Virus record (IMG/VR): IMGVR_UViG_3300025162_000048
Length of the DNA stretch: 20,000 nt
From: an uncultured virus (IMG/VR IMGVR_UViG_3300025162_000048)
Taxonomy: Duplodnaviria > Heunggongvirae > Uroviricota > Caudoviricetes
Reading direction: 5' to 3' (one strand)
In this document: in pieces, positions 1 to 8,774 of the stretch
Layout of the letters: every line of letters starts with the position of its first letter
Position numbering within the stretch: position 1 is the first letter of the stretch
Notes under the pieces: generated by a model
What the model was told of the DNA's origin: nothing
The model's input: only the letters and a program-made list of their open reading frames with translations
Database searches by the model: none
Program-made: the position numbers and the translations under genes

Positions 1-318
1 TTTCTCAGAAATGACATAATCATCAGCTCTTTTGGAATCTATTTCTTTACCGTCTTTATATGTTTTTTCCATACAATTGATTCCCCATGTCTGAATGTAT
101 TGGCGTTGCCCAGGACCGACCACACCACCACCAAAAGAACCTGTATCAGCATCACTCGCGCAACCAAAGTCGATTTTGTCATATGTTTTAGTTTCATATT
201 TTTGACAACTGGTAAAAGTACCGTTCGAAGGGCCAATGTCATCTTTAAGATCAGAGCCGCTTTGACCGCAAGATACAATCAAAATTCCGGCAGAAACCAT
301 AAGTAATATTTTCTTCAT
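1..318 (-). CDS. Lipoprotein of unknown function, runs off the left edge (not in the ORF track)
   Basis: Manual translation from ATG at 318 (upstream AAGGA): MKKILLMVSAGILIVSC-GQSGSDLKDDIGPSNGTFTSCQKYETK..., open to base 1. Lipobox IVSC; co-oriented with the upstream operon. Confidence 0.85.
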   Translation of the reverse strand, partial: MKKILLMVSAGILIVSCGQSGSDLKDDIGPSNGTFTSCQKYETKTYDKIDFGCASDADTGSFGGGVVGPGQRQYIQTWGINCMEKTYKDGKEIDSKRADDYVISEK

Positions 319-335
319 TAAAAAATCCTTTCTTG

Positions 336-1127
336 TTAATTTGGATAGATCACTTTTAATGTATTGTAGAATTCATTTGAACAGCTTTTTAATTGATCGT
401 TAAGTCCACCTTTATTCGGATCGACTGCACGCAAGCATCGTTTTATGGTATTGAAAGCTTCCCATACTTTAGCTTTGGTAGCGGCCTCGGCTGAATCTGC
501 AATATGGCGAGCAGCGGCTTCAGCCTCATTTTGAAATTGCATCAGCAATACATCATATTGTTCGAAATGAGCCGCGCAGCTCGCTTGGTCAGCCGCGATT
601 TTGCCAAACATTCCAGAGGCAGATCCCACTGCTTGAAACAGCATATTTTTGCGGATCATGGCTTCATCTAATCCGGCATATTGTGATCTTAGAGAGGCTT
701 CATTGTCGAACCAAGTTCCCATAATATCGTCAACACTCGGATGAAATGATGGCTCAACTCGACCTCTTGGCCATGCTCCCTTCCACATACCTTTCATTTG
801 ACCAATATCATTTGAACTACTCATCTTTTGAGCTTCACAGAGAAATTTATCTGAGTACCAGTATCCCCACCAAGGATCGCCATTTAAATCCTCGCGCATA
901 ACAAGTTCTTGAGGAGTTGAATCGACATTGGTAAGGTCGTAGCCAAGAGCCGCATTGTATGGGATATTTTTGTTGGTATAGACGCATTTGTAAACAGATT
1001 TATTTGGATTACTCGAAATATATCCTTTTAATGGGCGTAAGCAACTCCATGTAAATGCAGTGTCATCGGCTAAAGCCGTTGTTGATACCAGTGCCAAAGT
1101 TAATGCAAGAGATGTCCTAAAATTCAT
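336..1127 (-). CDS. Secreted hypothetical protein (Sec signal peptide), Cys-containing, helical C-terminus
   Basis: 263-aa ORF; N-terminus MNFRTSLALTLALVSTTALA-DD with AxA cleavage site; SD-like AAGGA upstream. Confidence 0.8.
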   Translation of the reverse strand: MNFRTSLALTLALVSTTALADDTAFTWSCLRPLKGYISSNPNKSVYKCVYTNKNIPYNAALGYDLTNVDSTPQELVMREDLNGDPWWGYWYSDKFLCEAQKMSSSNDIGQMKGMWKGAWPRGRVEPSFHPSVDDIMGTWFDNEASLRSQYAGLDEAMIRKNMLFQAVGSASGMFGKIAADQASCAAHFEQYDVLLMQFQNEAEAAARHIADSAEAATKAKVWEAFNTIKRCLRAVDPNKGGLNDQLKSCSNEFYNTLKVIYPN

Positions 1128-1166
1128 ATATGGTTCCTTTATGTTAATTGTTTATCCACCATGTAA

Positions 1167-2189
1167 TCACCAATCATGACATGGGGCTGTTTTAGAACTT
1201 TTATTTAAACAAGATTCAATGAGAACTAAGTTATGCCTGAAAGTATTCATATCGCCGTTATTTTTCAATAAGTCATATTGTTCAGATAGCTTTTTTTCGA
1301 GATATTTTTTCTGGATACTGCGATCTAATTGATTTACTATTTCGGGTTTATCCATCAATTCTGCGGCATTTTCCATATGATTCAAATAAGGAAGTGTGTT
1401 GGTTTTCAGTAACTGAGAATCTTTAGATGTGTGTACCGACGCCAAGGCATCTGGCAATCCTTTAGCATTGAAGCCTGCGGTTTGAAGATATAGTTTACAA
1501 ATCGCTTCAGGATGCTTATTTAAAAACGCCTGAATTTTATCCTTAGCAGTACCCTCTTCTAAATCATTAGCCAAAACCTTTAATTCATCTGTATAGTTTT
1601 TCGGGCATTCTAAAAGCATCTCGGCCTGCGTTCCGAACTCATAACTTTCAATGAAGGCATCCCCGCAGGTATCAAAGAAAGCTGGAACTTGAAGTAATGA
1701 TTGATAAGTCTGTGCATCGAACTCGCGATTGAGGAAAGAGAACTTTTGATGTCGTTGAGAGGATCGGATGAACACATAAGATTTATCAGTGCTGAGTAGC
1801 TTTTCAAAAATACTATCTATAGCGCCATCAGTGAGGACTTTTTCTTTTTTAAAGTTGCTAGAGGTCGCCAGGAGAATATTAAAGTCGGTAGGTGCGAATT
1901 TGGATAGTGCTTCTTGATTATCCAAATAGGCTGTTTCAAATTTAGGGTTAGGTGCCATTGGGTCGGCAACATAAGCGCTGTGTTTGATACATGACACTTG
2001 CTTGGGAAAATCGTAGTGAGTGTAAGGGCCAACCAGGGAGTTTACTCCAGCACCGACGAGTGGCTGATAGCGTTCGCCCATCAATTGAATGACTTCCAGA
2101 GTACCGGGTTTAGAATCAGCCTTTGGAGCATCTGTGTGTGTTCCACATGCACCCAATAACGGCACAAGCCCAATTAATAACTTTTTCAT
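1167..2189 (-). CDS. Lipoprotein with MACPF-like motifs
   Basis: ATG at 2189 after AAGGAG; lipobox LGAC; motifs VGAGVNSLVG and FFDTCGDAFIESYEFG, shared with the neighbouring gene. The fold call is inference from motif resemblance. Confidence 0.6.
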   Translation of the reverse strand: MKKLLIGLVPLLGACGTHTDAPKADSKPGTLEVIQLMGERYQPLVGAGVNSLVGPYTHYDFPKQVSCIKHSAYVADPMAPNPKFETAYLDNQEALSKFAPTDFNILLATSSNFKKEKVLTDGAIDSIFEKLLSTDKSYVFIRSSQRHQKFSFLNREFDAQTYQSLLQVPAFFDTCGDAFIESYEFGTQAEMLLECPKNYTDELKVLANDLEEGTAKDKIQAFLNKHPEAICKLYLQTAGFNAKGLPDALASVHTSKDSQLLKTNTLPYLNHMENAAELMDKPEIVNQLDRSIQKKYLEKKLSEQYDLLKNNGDMNTFRHNLVLIESCLNKSSKTAPCHDW

Positions 2190-2201
2190 ATGCAAACTCC
2201 T

Positions 2202-3377
2202 TTAAAGCCAGCCATCATCTGGATTACACGCTGAGGAAATATTGGGATGTTTGGCACAATTATAGTTAAAATCAGCTTGTTTTTGCAGGTTATATTCAAG
2301 ATCGATCTTTTTTGAAAGAAGTTTTTTGTATTCAGTTTCAGAGATTCCACTATAATCTTTTTTATATTTAGCCAAAAGCAATTCAGTGCCAGTCAATTGA
2401 TTGAACATTTCATTGAAGTTTTGTTGACCGGTAAGAACTAATTGTTTCTCTGCATTATAGTCATGTTTAATTTTCGGTAAAACTTTTTCTTTAAAATCCA
2501 AATTTTGAATCATGGTGTATGGTGTGGTGCCAACTTTCATTAGCTTGGCGCTTTCAATAGGGGCTTTTTCTACATAGTCTAAGAAAATTTGAGGTGCAGC
2601 GCTAATATTATCGCCAGCGATTGATAACGTTCCGTTGCCACCAAGATGGTAATACCAAATATGGCAAGCACCACTTACGTTTTTCTGCATTTCTTCTAAA
2701 GATTTAGTGTCCTTGACGTTAGCATGGATTGACCAACTATTTACTCCAGCTTGTATCACTTTTTCATTTTTTTCTTTATCAGTGACGCTGGTAGCTTCGC
2801 AATCAATAAGCCCATAAGCGACGATGCCTGAAATTAAAGATGAAATGAATTCATCTCCACAGCTATCGAACCAATCTTCTGGATGTTTAGAATAGATGTC
2901 GATAATTTTGGGGTCCACGTCGAAATCTGACATAGTATTGCTTGCAAAAATTCGAGAGGCTGTCATTAGTGCGTAAGAATGGGTTGATTCTAAGCGAAAC
3001 TCTGCAATATTTTTGGTTGTGCTGTTATAGGTTGCACCAATAAGATTTTTCTTAATAGAAGCGTTAATGCCAACTTCGAGAGAAAAATCTGACTCTACAA
3101 TTCTGGAAAGTTCATTTTGATCTTTAAGCCAATAGACTTCAACTGTGGAATTCGCACCGGTACCCCCTGTATATCCCATAGAAGCGCGTTTAACACAGAA
3201 TGCCATATCATAATTTGGCAAAATTCCTGTTAGGGTATTAACACCTTTCCCGATATCCAAGTTTGCTGCATCTACCGGAACAGAAATAGGCAATCCTTTT
3301 AAAGCACTAGAATTATCACCTCCACTATTGGAACAAGATACTAAAAATGCAGGTAGTGCTAAGAATAATTTTTTCAC
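2202..3377 (-). CDS. Lipoprotein with MACPF-like motifs and C-terminal coiled coil
   Basis: GTG start after GAGGTG; lipobox LVSC; motifs IGKGVNTLTG and WFDSCGDEFISSLISG resemble the MACPF N-terminal lGxGyn and core (Y/F)G(T/D)xF/Y-x6-G motifs. Confidence 0.65.
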   Translation of the reverse strand: MKKLFLALPAFLVSCSNSGGDNSSALKGLPISVPVDAANLDIGKGVNTLTGILPNYDMAFCVKRASMGYTGGTGANSTVEVYWLKDQNELSRIVESDFSLEVGINASIKKNLIGATYNSTTKNIAEFRLESTHSYALMTASRIFASNTMSDFDVDPKIIDIYSKHPEDWFDSCGDEFISSLISGIVAYGLIDCEATSVTDKEKNEKVIQAGVNSWSIHANVKDTKSLEEMQKNVSGACHIWYYHLGGNGTLSIAGDNISAAPQIFLDYVEKAPIESAKLMKVGTTPYTMIQNLDFKEKVLPKIKHDYNAEKQLVLTGQQNFNEMFNQLTGTELLLAKYKKDYSGISETEYKKLLSKKIDLEYNLQKQADFNYNCAKHPNISSACNPDDGWL

Positions 3378-3441
3378 TTAGTTACACCTCTCAATGAAAA
3401 GTTTTTGTTAATTCGGAAAATATTATTTCCAGATCAAAACC

Positions 3442-3470
3442 TATATATAATTTCACAAAATTGATGTCAA
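3442..3470 (-). promoter_or_regulatory. sigma70-like promoter of the lipoprotein operon
   Basis: Minus strand TTGACA-N17-TATATA, about 65 nt upstream of the GTG at 3377. Confidence 0.5.
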
Positions 3471-3534
3471 GGATTTTTTGTATTAATAGATTTCGAACAA
3501 AAACTCTTTTAATTCAAGAGGATAGGAAAAGGAA

Positions 3535-3906
3535 TTATCTTCTGGCAGTCATTCCAATTTGTTGCATCGTCATAACAATCGGTGGCGGTCTTTTTGCCCT
3601 GTTTCTTTTCATTTCCAGCCTATTCCACCCGGCTGTGTTTTCATGTTTGGGATCATTCCAATGGCACGTATTGTGTAATTTGATTTCCGATAAACGAATG
3701 CCAGCATAATTCTTCAGCCATAACATCGCAGCCTTCTGAACGTCAATTAATGAATCAAATCCACACTCTGATACAGCAACTTTTTCTGATAATTGAATTT
3801 TGTTTAAAAAATTAAATGGAGCAACCCATCCAAAACAGTTTTGGATTCTAATTATTCGACAAACTATCTCATCTTTATGTTTGAACGCACAAATGTCGTT
3901 GTTCAT
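3535..3906 (-). CDS. Hypothetical protein
   Basis: ORF 3535..3921; more likely start is the ATG at 3906 after GGAGGTG; TTGACA-N17-TATTCA at 3963-3935 upstream. Confidence 0.65.
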   Translation of the reverse strand: MNNDICAFKHKDEIVCRIIRIQNCFGWVAPFNFLNKIQLSEKVAVSECGFDSLIDVQKAAMLWLKNYAGIRLSEIKLHNTCHWNDPKHENTAGWNRLEMKRNRAKRPPPIVMTMQQIGMTARR

Positions 3907-4129
3907 AAAAAACACCTCCATATCCTATATGTAGTGAATATCCCTGTTTCATAACACTGTCAAATTTTCGATCTTGTTTTTTCCCGATTTTTCCTTGTTA
4001 GTTTTTTATTTTTATCTGAAATCGAATGATATTGAAATTTATGGGAAATACCAGATTTTCTTTTTTCAAATAGGATGTTCGTTTGTCATAAGTACATTTA
4101 AATAGAAAGGAGATTGATATGATAGGCTT

Positions 4130-4471
4130 TTTCGTATAGTCACGACAAGGAAGGTCATCTTGTTTTTTCGCCACAAGATAGTTATCTGGTTTCTCATCCA
4201 GACTGATCACATACAAGTATGCAATCTATTTTTGCCAGTCTCACTCTGGCTGACAGTGGTGATACAGTCATGCCTCAAATTTCTCCTTGGCACTTCTAAA
4301 AACCCCACGTATTGTATCGATAACCAACTTCACTCGACCGCTGTAATTCGCAATGATAAAAAGGTGAGATCGTCAAGATGATGTTATGCACACATCATTC
4401 GCAAGGCTTGAACTTGCTAAACTGGCAAAAGCCAGTTATTAACCGATAAACAATACTCATCGACCATTGCG
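4130..4471 (-). ncRNA. Unidentified highly structured non-coding RNA (~340 nt)
   Basis: Begins just downstream of a TTGACA-N17-TATTCT promoter; at least 9 hairpins, two long-range closing helices and two loop-loop complementarities. G-U pairs work on the minus strand. No convincing ORF. The 3' end is approximate. Confidence 0.65.
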
Positions 4472-4476
4472 CTTAT

Positions 4477-4505
4477 AGAATAAGATAGATTTTTTTATTT
4501 GTCAA
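4477..4505 (-). promoter_or_regulatory. sigma70 promoter driving the structured non-coding segment
   Basis: Minus strand TTGACA (4505-4500), N17, TATTCT (4482-4477). Confidence 0.75.
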
Positions 4506-4643
4506 TCGTTGCAAACACAAGAGCAATGATTGTGATGCTGACCAGTTATATTTAGATATTTATGAGCGAGAAATGCACAAATACCCGCAGCAAACGTTAC
4601 TAAAGTTATCGCAATTATCACTTTTACTTTTATCATATTCATA

Positions 4644-5675
4644 TTAAAGTCCTATTACATCAAGTTTTATAGCCGCACTTTGTTGCATTTCATCGGCTTT
4701 TTTTATATAAAGTGAGGTTGTAGTGATTTTTTTATGGTTTAATAAATCTTGGATTTCCCCGATAGGAACTCCTTTTTTATGAAGCAAAGTAGCCAGAGTA
4801 GCCCTACAACTATGAGGACTAATTCTTTTTTCAATCTTAGCTTCCTTTATAAGTTTTTGAAGAAGTCTGGCAACACTACTTCTGCCAAGTTTATTTCTTT
4901 TAGAAGTGTTTTGTGCTCTGGTAAATAAGAAATCGTCTCTGCTGGCCTTCATTCGAAACTTTTCAATATATTCTTGTAGGACTTGGACAGTATGAGGATG
5001 AATAATAGGAGAATGACATTCCCCACCTTTTACCCTCATGTGCAGTCGTGTGTATTCTGGCTGGATTTCAATATCACCGATGCGAAGTTCACAAAGCTCA
5101 TCAACCCTCATTCCTACTGATAAAAGAGTTGAAATAATTGCATAATTCATTGCATTTGACCTATAGGATCTATCAGTTTGAGCCTTTTCTTCCATCTTGT
5201 TCTTCGCTAATGCCAGCACTTCTTTGACTTCATTCTCGGAGAGTGCATTGGTTTTTCCTTCTTGTTTCACTCGAGGTAATTCAACCAATCTTGCCGGGTT
5301 TTTCTGGATTAAGCCTCTCTTTAAAGCGAACTCTAGACACGAAGACAAAGCACACATTGTCCTAGCAATACTGGAATTGACTGTGTGTTTTCGATTACCT
5401 TCATGGATAAAATGACGGTTACCCAATTCTTCTCGCCAAAGTAAAATCATTTTTTCATTAACTTGGCTTATCTCGGTTATGGTGATATGCATACTTTTAA
5501 TAAATTTGAAAAACTCTCTTAAGTCCCTTGCATAATTAGTTCGAGTGTTTTCACAACGTAAACTCATCAAAAAATGAAAAACCACATCTTCAATCTGAGC
5601 CGAACAATCCTGTTTAATCCATTCCTGCCAAGACAAAGATGGTGATTGATTCAATACCTGTTCGACTAAATACAT
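4644..5675 (-). CDS. Tyrosine recombinase/integrase, XerC/XerD-like, catalytically intact
   Basis: SAM-like core-binding N-terminus (NTRTNYARDL...NPARLV); catalytic R (GMRVDEL), K (RVKGG), HxxR (PHSCRAT), H (LLNHKK) and Y (TTSLYIK). Confidence 0.95.
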   Translation of the reverse strand: MYLVEQVLNQSPSLSWQEWIKQDCSAQIEDVVFHFLMSLRCENTRTNYARDLREFFKFIKSMHITITEISQVNEKMILLWREELGNRHFIHEGNRKHTVNSSIARTMCALSSCLEFALKRGLIQKNPARLVELPRVKQEGKTNALSENEVKEVLALAKNKMEEKAQTDRSYRSNAMNYAIISTLLSVGMRVDELCELRIGDIEIQPEYTRLHMRVKGGECHSPIIHPHTVQVLQEYIEKFRMKASRDDFLFTRAQNTSKRNKLGRSSVARLLQKLIKEAKIEKRISPHSCRATLATLLHKKGVPIGEIQDLLNHKKITTTSLYIKKADEMQQSAAIKLDVIGL

Positions 5676-5679
5676 AATC

Positions 5680-5928
5680 TCAGCCCTCCTCTATAACCGT
5701 GATAAAAGAATTAATATCCATTGAACTATTCTTCTTTAACCATAACAGTGAGCCTAAAATTGCCAGCTTCAAAGAACTAATATTGGTGCGAGAATAAACT
5801 GGCATTCCCATCGGTCCACGCAAAGGCTTAAAATTCACATAGCAAAGCTTAGCCGCATAAGAAAAGCCTTCAGAATGAATATGAATAATTGGTTTATCAT
5901 TATGCATGATGGTCACTATTGCTGTCAT
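5680..5928 (-). CDS. Hypothetical protein
   Basis: 82-aa ORF tightly packed between 5900..6274 and the recombinase. Confidence 0.6.
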   Translation of the reverse strand: MTAIVTIMHNDKPIIHIHSEGFSYAAKLCYVNFKPLRGPMGMPVYSRTNISSLKLAILGSLLWLKKNSSMDINSFITVIEEG

Positions 5929-6274
5929 TTCTTGTTGCTTCCCGTGTTGATAAAGCTGTCACTATGGTAAAAAGGAATATTATCACTTCTATCAGTCCAG
6001 CAACAGCTTTGGATAAATCCTTTTCTCCCTTTAAGCCTAAAAGAAACTGATAAGCTTTTGCAAACTCATCCACTACGGACTGCTTAACCAAGACTTCTTC
6101 TTTATTTTTTTTCTCTTCACCTGCGTCAACATCATCACCATCACGGCCTAACAATGCTAGCTTGGCTCTCCAAAGCCGTCCAACCTCTGGGTCTTGGCTT
6201 GCAAAACCACCACCACGGCCAATCAGTTCATCTAATTTTTCAATGATTATTTCTTTTTCATTCTTGTAGTGCAT
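5900..6274 (-). CDS. Hypothetical protein with C-terminal hydrophobic segment
   Basis: 124-aa ORF; SD GAGGAG; hydrophobic AVAGLIEVIIFLFTIVTAL. Confidence 0.75.
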   Translation of the reverse strand: MHYKNEKEIIIEKLDELIGRGGGFASQDPEVGRLWRAKLALLGRDGDDVDAGEEKKNKEEVLVKQSVVDEFAKAYQFLLGLKGEKDLSKAVAGLIEVIIFLFTIVTALSTREATRNDSNSDHHA

Positions 6275-6305
6275 AGTAGGACTCCTCTTATACTGCCTAC
6301 TATAC

Positions 6306-6332
6306 TTATCGCAGGAACTTCAATTTCCTTGA
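6306..6332 (-). promoter_or_regulatory. sigma28 (FliA)-like promoter
   Basis: Minus strand TCAA-N15-TGCGATAA (consensus TAAA-N15-GCCGATAA), upstream of the 6274 -> recombinase gene run. Confidence 0.5.
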
Positions 6333-6667
6333 GCCTTTTTTTTCACTAGGACCGACTTCGTTTTTTTTGTAACAGCCTTTTTTACTTTTTTAATGTTTTG
6401 GCTTTTTTTCAGTTTTTCTATAGAGATAATTCCATCCTCGGCAATAGAATGAACATCCCGTCTCGGAATTTCGAATATTGCACTGGGTGGACATTGCTTT
6501 AGGTATGCCCTGTTAACCAGCTCAATATCTTCACGGTAAAAAGCAAACGAACCGTAATCCGTACAGGTATAACATGCGGCTTGAACCCTAACTACGGCAC
6601 CTTCTTTTAAAAAAACACAATAAAACTTAGGACTTGGCTCAACGAGCCTTAAATTTGGTGTTTCCAT
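6320..6667 (-). CDS. Hypothetical protein with Lys-rich C-terminal tail
   Basis: 115-aa ORF; purine-rich SD (AGGGGGA) upstream. Confidence 0.7.
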   Translation of the reverse strand: METPNLRLVEPSPKFYCVFLKEGAVVRVQAACYTCTDYGSFAFYREDIELVNRAYLKQCPPSAIFEIPRRDVHSIAEDGIISIEKLKKSQNIKKVKKAVTKKTKSVLVKKKAQGN

Positions 6668-6725
6668 ATGTGTCGATCCCCCTATCTGGATCGTAACAGT
6701 CTAGGTAGGGATAGTCTACTTGGGC

Positions 6726-7229
6726 TTAAATGATACGTTTTAAGGGATTGTCGCCAATCATGTCAGTATAAGCAAGCATTTTTCTGATGACGGTCGGATT
6801 TGGAGAGAATTTATCTGAAGAAATAATTTTCGAGACTAAAAGCCAATCGTGTTCCATGATCCCTTTGGCCACCGCAACACCTGCCGAACGACTCACTCCT
6901 CCCTTACAGTGAATGATCATAGGTTTATCAATCCACTTATTAAAAAAATTATAGAGATTTTCTGCATCGTCATTGGAAATTAAAACCCGTGAAGGATGAA
7001 GACAAGACTCAATGACATCGGAAAAACATAAATCCAAAACTTCAAGATATTTTTGTTTGACTTCACCAGATAAAGGAGATTCAGACACATCCCTTATTGA
7101 GATTAAAGGATATTTTTCTTTTGGAATCCATTGCTCTACCTGTATTCGACTTAAAATTAAAGTTCCCAAAGATGCAATCTCTTCGTCACTCTCATAAATA
7201 GTCATCAGTCCTTCAGTATCAATTTTCAC
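6726..7229 (-). CDS. Protein tyrosine/dual-specificity phosphatase-like protein (CX5R)
   Basis: IIHCKGGVSRSAGVA P-loop, with LISIRD, LCFSD and SPNPTV motifs typical of the phage-type predicted PTP family; GTG start after GGAGG. Confidence 0.88.
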   Translation of the reverse strand: MKIDTEGLMTIYESDEEIASLGTLILSRIQVEQWIPKEKYPLISIRDVSESPLSGEVKQKYLEVLDLCFSDVIESCLHPSRVLISNDDAENLYNFFNKWIDKPMIIHCKGGVSRSAGVAVAKGIMEHDWLLVSKIISSDKFSPNPTVIRKMLAYTDMIGDNPLKRII

Positions 7230-7244
7230 GAGTTAATCCTCCCC

Positions 7245-7271
7245 TTAAGTTTTTCCAAATCCGTCCGAAAA
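7245..7271 (+). promoter_or_regulatory. sigma28-like promoter
   Basis: TTAA-N15-TCCGAAAA, about 45 nt upstream of GAGGAG plus ATG 7314. Confidence 0.4.
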
Positions 7272-7313
7272 GCTAAGTGTGTGTGAGCATAGAAGAAGAG
7301 GAGAAAAAAATAT

Positions 7314-7622
7314 ATGTATCAACTTTATTACGCTAAAGTAAATAAGAAATATTTCCTTTTTTTATTTACACTAGGCATATTCGAATCCTGTATCACATGG
7401 CAAATGCGCATCACGCTTTTACTTCTCAGTCTTTTTTATACTCTTGACCTCATAGCAATCATAGCGTCTTTCGGCAAAATTACAAGCGTCTGGCATTGTA
7501 AGGCTGGCAATCTTTGGTTTGAAAATAATCTTTACACTCTTGCCGCAAATAAAGATAAACAATGGAATATTTTGATCGTTAAATCTACATTCCAGACATT
7601 CTTTTTGCCCGAAGTGATTTAA
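7314..7622 (+). CDS. Possible small membrane protein (doubtful)
   Basis: GAGGAG 10 nt before the ATG and two hydrophobic stretches, but low-complexity AT-rich sequence and convergent overlap with 7585..8034. Confidence 0.3.
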   Translation: MYQLYYAKVNKKYFLFLFTLGIFESCITWQMRITLLLLSLFYTLDLIAIIASFGKITSVWHCKAGNLWFENNLYTLAANKDKQWNILIVKSTFQTFFLPEVI

Positions 7623-8034
7623 GTAAGGATGACATTGGCCTCGGTTCTGTCTTGGCTGTTACCATTGCGGGATTCACCACTGCTGGGACCGACGCTTTGA
7701 CATGCTGATCTCGCTGGTTCTCAATGTCTGCCAATTCTTTTTGAACAGCTGGCATTTCCTGCTCTGGGATTCTCCGTGATGCCAAAGCTTGCTGTATCCG
7801 CTTTGCGCGATTGTGAAGTGACGTTGCGGCTCTGCGGTGATCGTCTGGTGAGTTAAGATGAGGATTATTTTCAAATCCTGGATAAATTACCTTACCTGTC
7901 GGCGTGCCCTGATAAAGATTATGTTCACCTGTCCATCCAATAACACCCTTTTTCTGCGCTTGTGTCTTAACATCAGGATGAAGTTCTTCCGAATACCAAT
8001 TGTAGTTCGGATTAACGTAAAATTTTGTAGCCAC
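7585..8034 (-). CDS. Hypothetical phage-type protein
   Basis: 149-aa ORF; GTG start after GGAGG; natural-looking composition with a short coiled coil. Confidence 0.8.
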   Translation of the reverse strand: MATKFYVNPNYNWYSEELHPDVKTQAQKKGVIGWTGEHNLYQGTPTGKVIYPGFENNPHLNSPDDHRRAATSLHNRAKRIQQALASRRIPEQEMPAVQKELADIENQRDQHVKASVPAVVNPAMVTAKTEPRPMSSLLKSLRAKRMSGM

Positions 8035-8116
8035 GTTGAACCTCCCGATATAAGGGCAATAAAAAGGTCAAAATAGCCATCATACTAAATAAAATTGACC
8101 ATAAAAATATAACCAT
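8012..8116 (-). CDS. 34-aa single-pass membrane peptide (not in the ORF track)
   Basis: AAGGAG-N6-ATG; MVIFLWSILFSMMAILTFLLPLYREVQRGYKILR*; overlaps the start of the next gene. Confidence 0.55.
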   Translation of the reverse strand: MVIFLWSILFSMMAILTFLLPLYREVQRGYKILR

Positions 8117-8225
8117 ACCATACTCCTTAAAAGTCGTACCTTTATATTATATGAGGAATAACCTGTGCAATCATATTTTCTTCTAAAAGACTAAAGGCAC
8201 TGAACAGCCAGTCAAGTACCCAGAA

Positions 8226-8774
8226 TCAGATAATCAAAATATCACTCGGAAGGACTTCAAAGCCACGAAAGACTGTAAACCATCCATCATGTTCTCGCCG
8301 CTCCACAAAAACAAAACCATCACCAATGAAATCCCAGTAACTAGATTGCCATGTTAACAAATCTGAGTTTCTTTGGATTTTTGCTAAATAAGGTTCTTGG
8401 ATTTCCCGGTAAAAAATCTTATTTTCCTCATCAATTCTAAAGCCAGTATGGATTGCATCATCAATGACCGTTTGGAAATTCTCATCAAAAGGAAAGCTAT
8501 CCAATTCTTCCAATATCAAAAACGATCTCTCTCCATCCATGACTCGTAACCTTAATTCTCCTTCACGTTCAGCCGATTGAAGGAGATAATCAACATGAGT
8601 GAACGCTTTTGGTCCAATCTCTCTGATATAAAGCAAAATATCCTTCACATGAAAATGCATTCCACTATAGGCAGGAACGTTTATATCAATGAAATGTTCC
8701 CCAGTTAAATTTAAAGGATTACTGGCTAAGTTAGGCTTTCTTTCGTGTAAATATTCCCAAAGAGTCTGTTTCAT
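8226..8774 (-). CDS. Hypothetical acidic protein
   Basis: 182-aa ORF coupled by an ATGA overlap to the upstream gene. Confidence 0.8.
   Translation of the reverse strand: MKQTLWEYLHERKPNLASNPLNLTGEHFIDINVPAYSGMHFHVKDILLYIREIGPKAFTHVDYLLQSAEREGELRLRVMDGERSFLILEELDSFPFDENFQTVIDDAIHTGFRIDEENKIFYREIQEPYLAKIQRNSDLLTWQSSYWDFIGDGFVFVERREHDGWFTVFRGFEVLPSDILII

Noticed and set aside
39..306. Track ORFs 39..278(-) and 100..306(+)
   Set aside because: Shadow frames; the real gene is the lipoprotein starting at 318 on the minus strand with SD and lipobox.
3998..4381. Track ORFs 3998..4216(-) and 4160..4381(+)
   Set aside because: TTG starts without SD and unnatural composition; the region is better explained as structured RNA.
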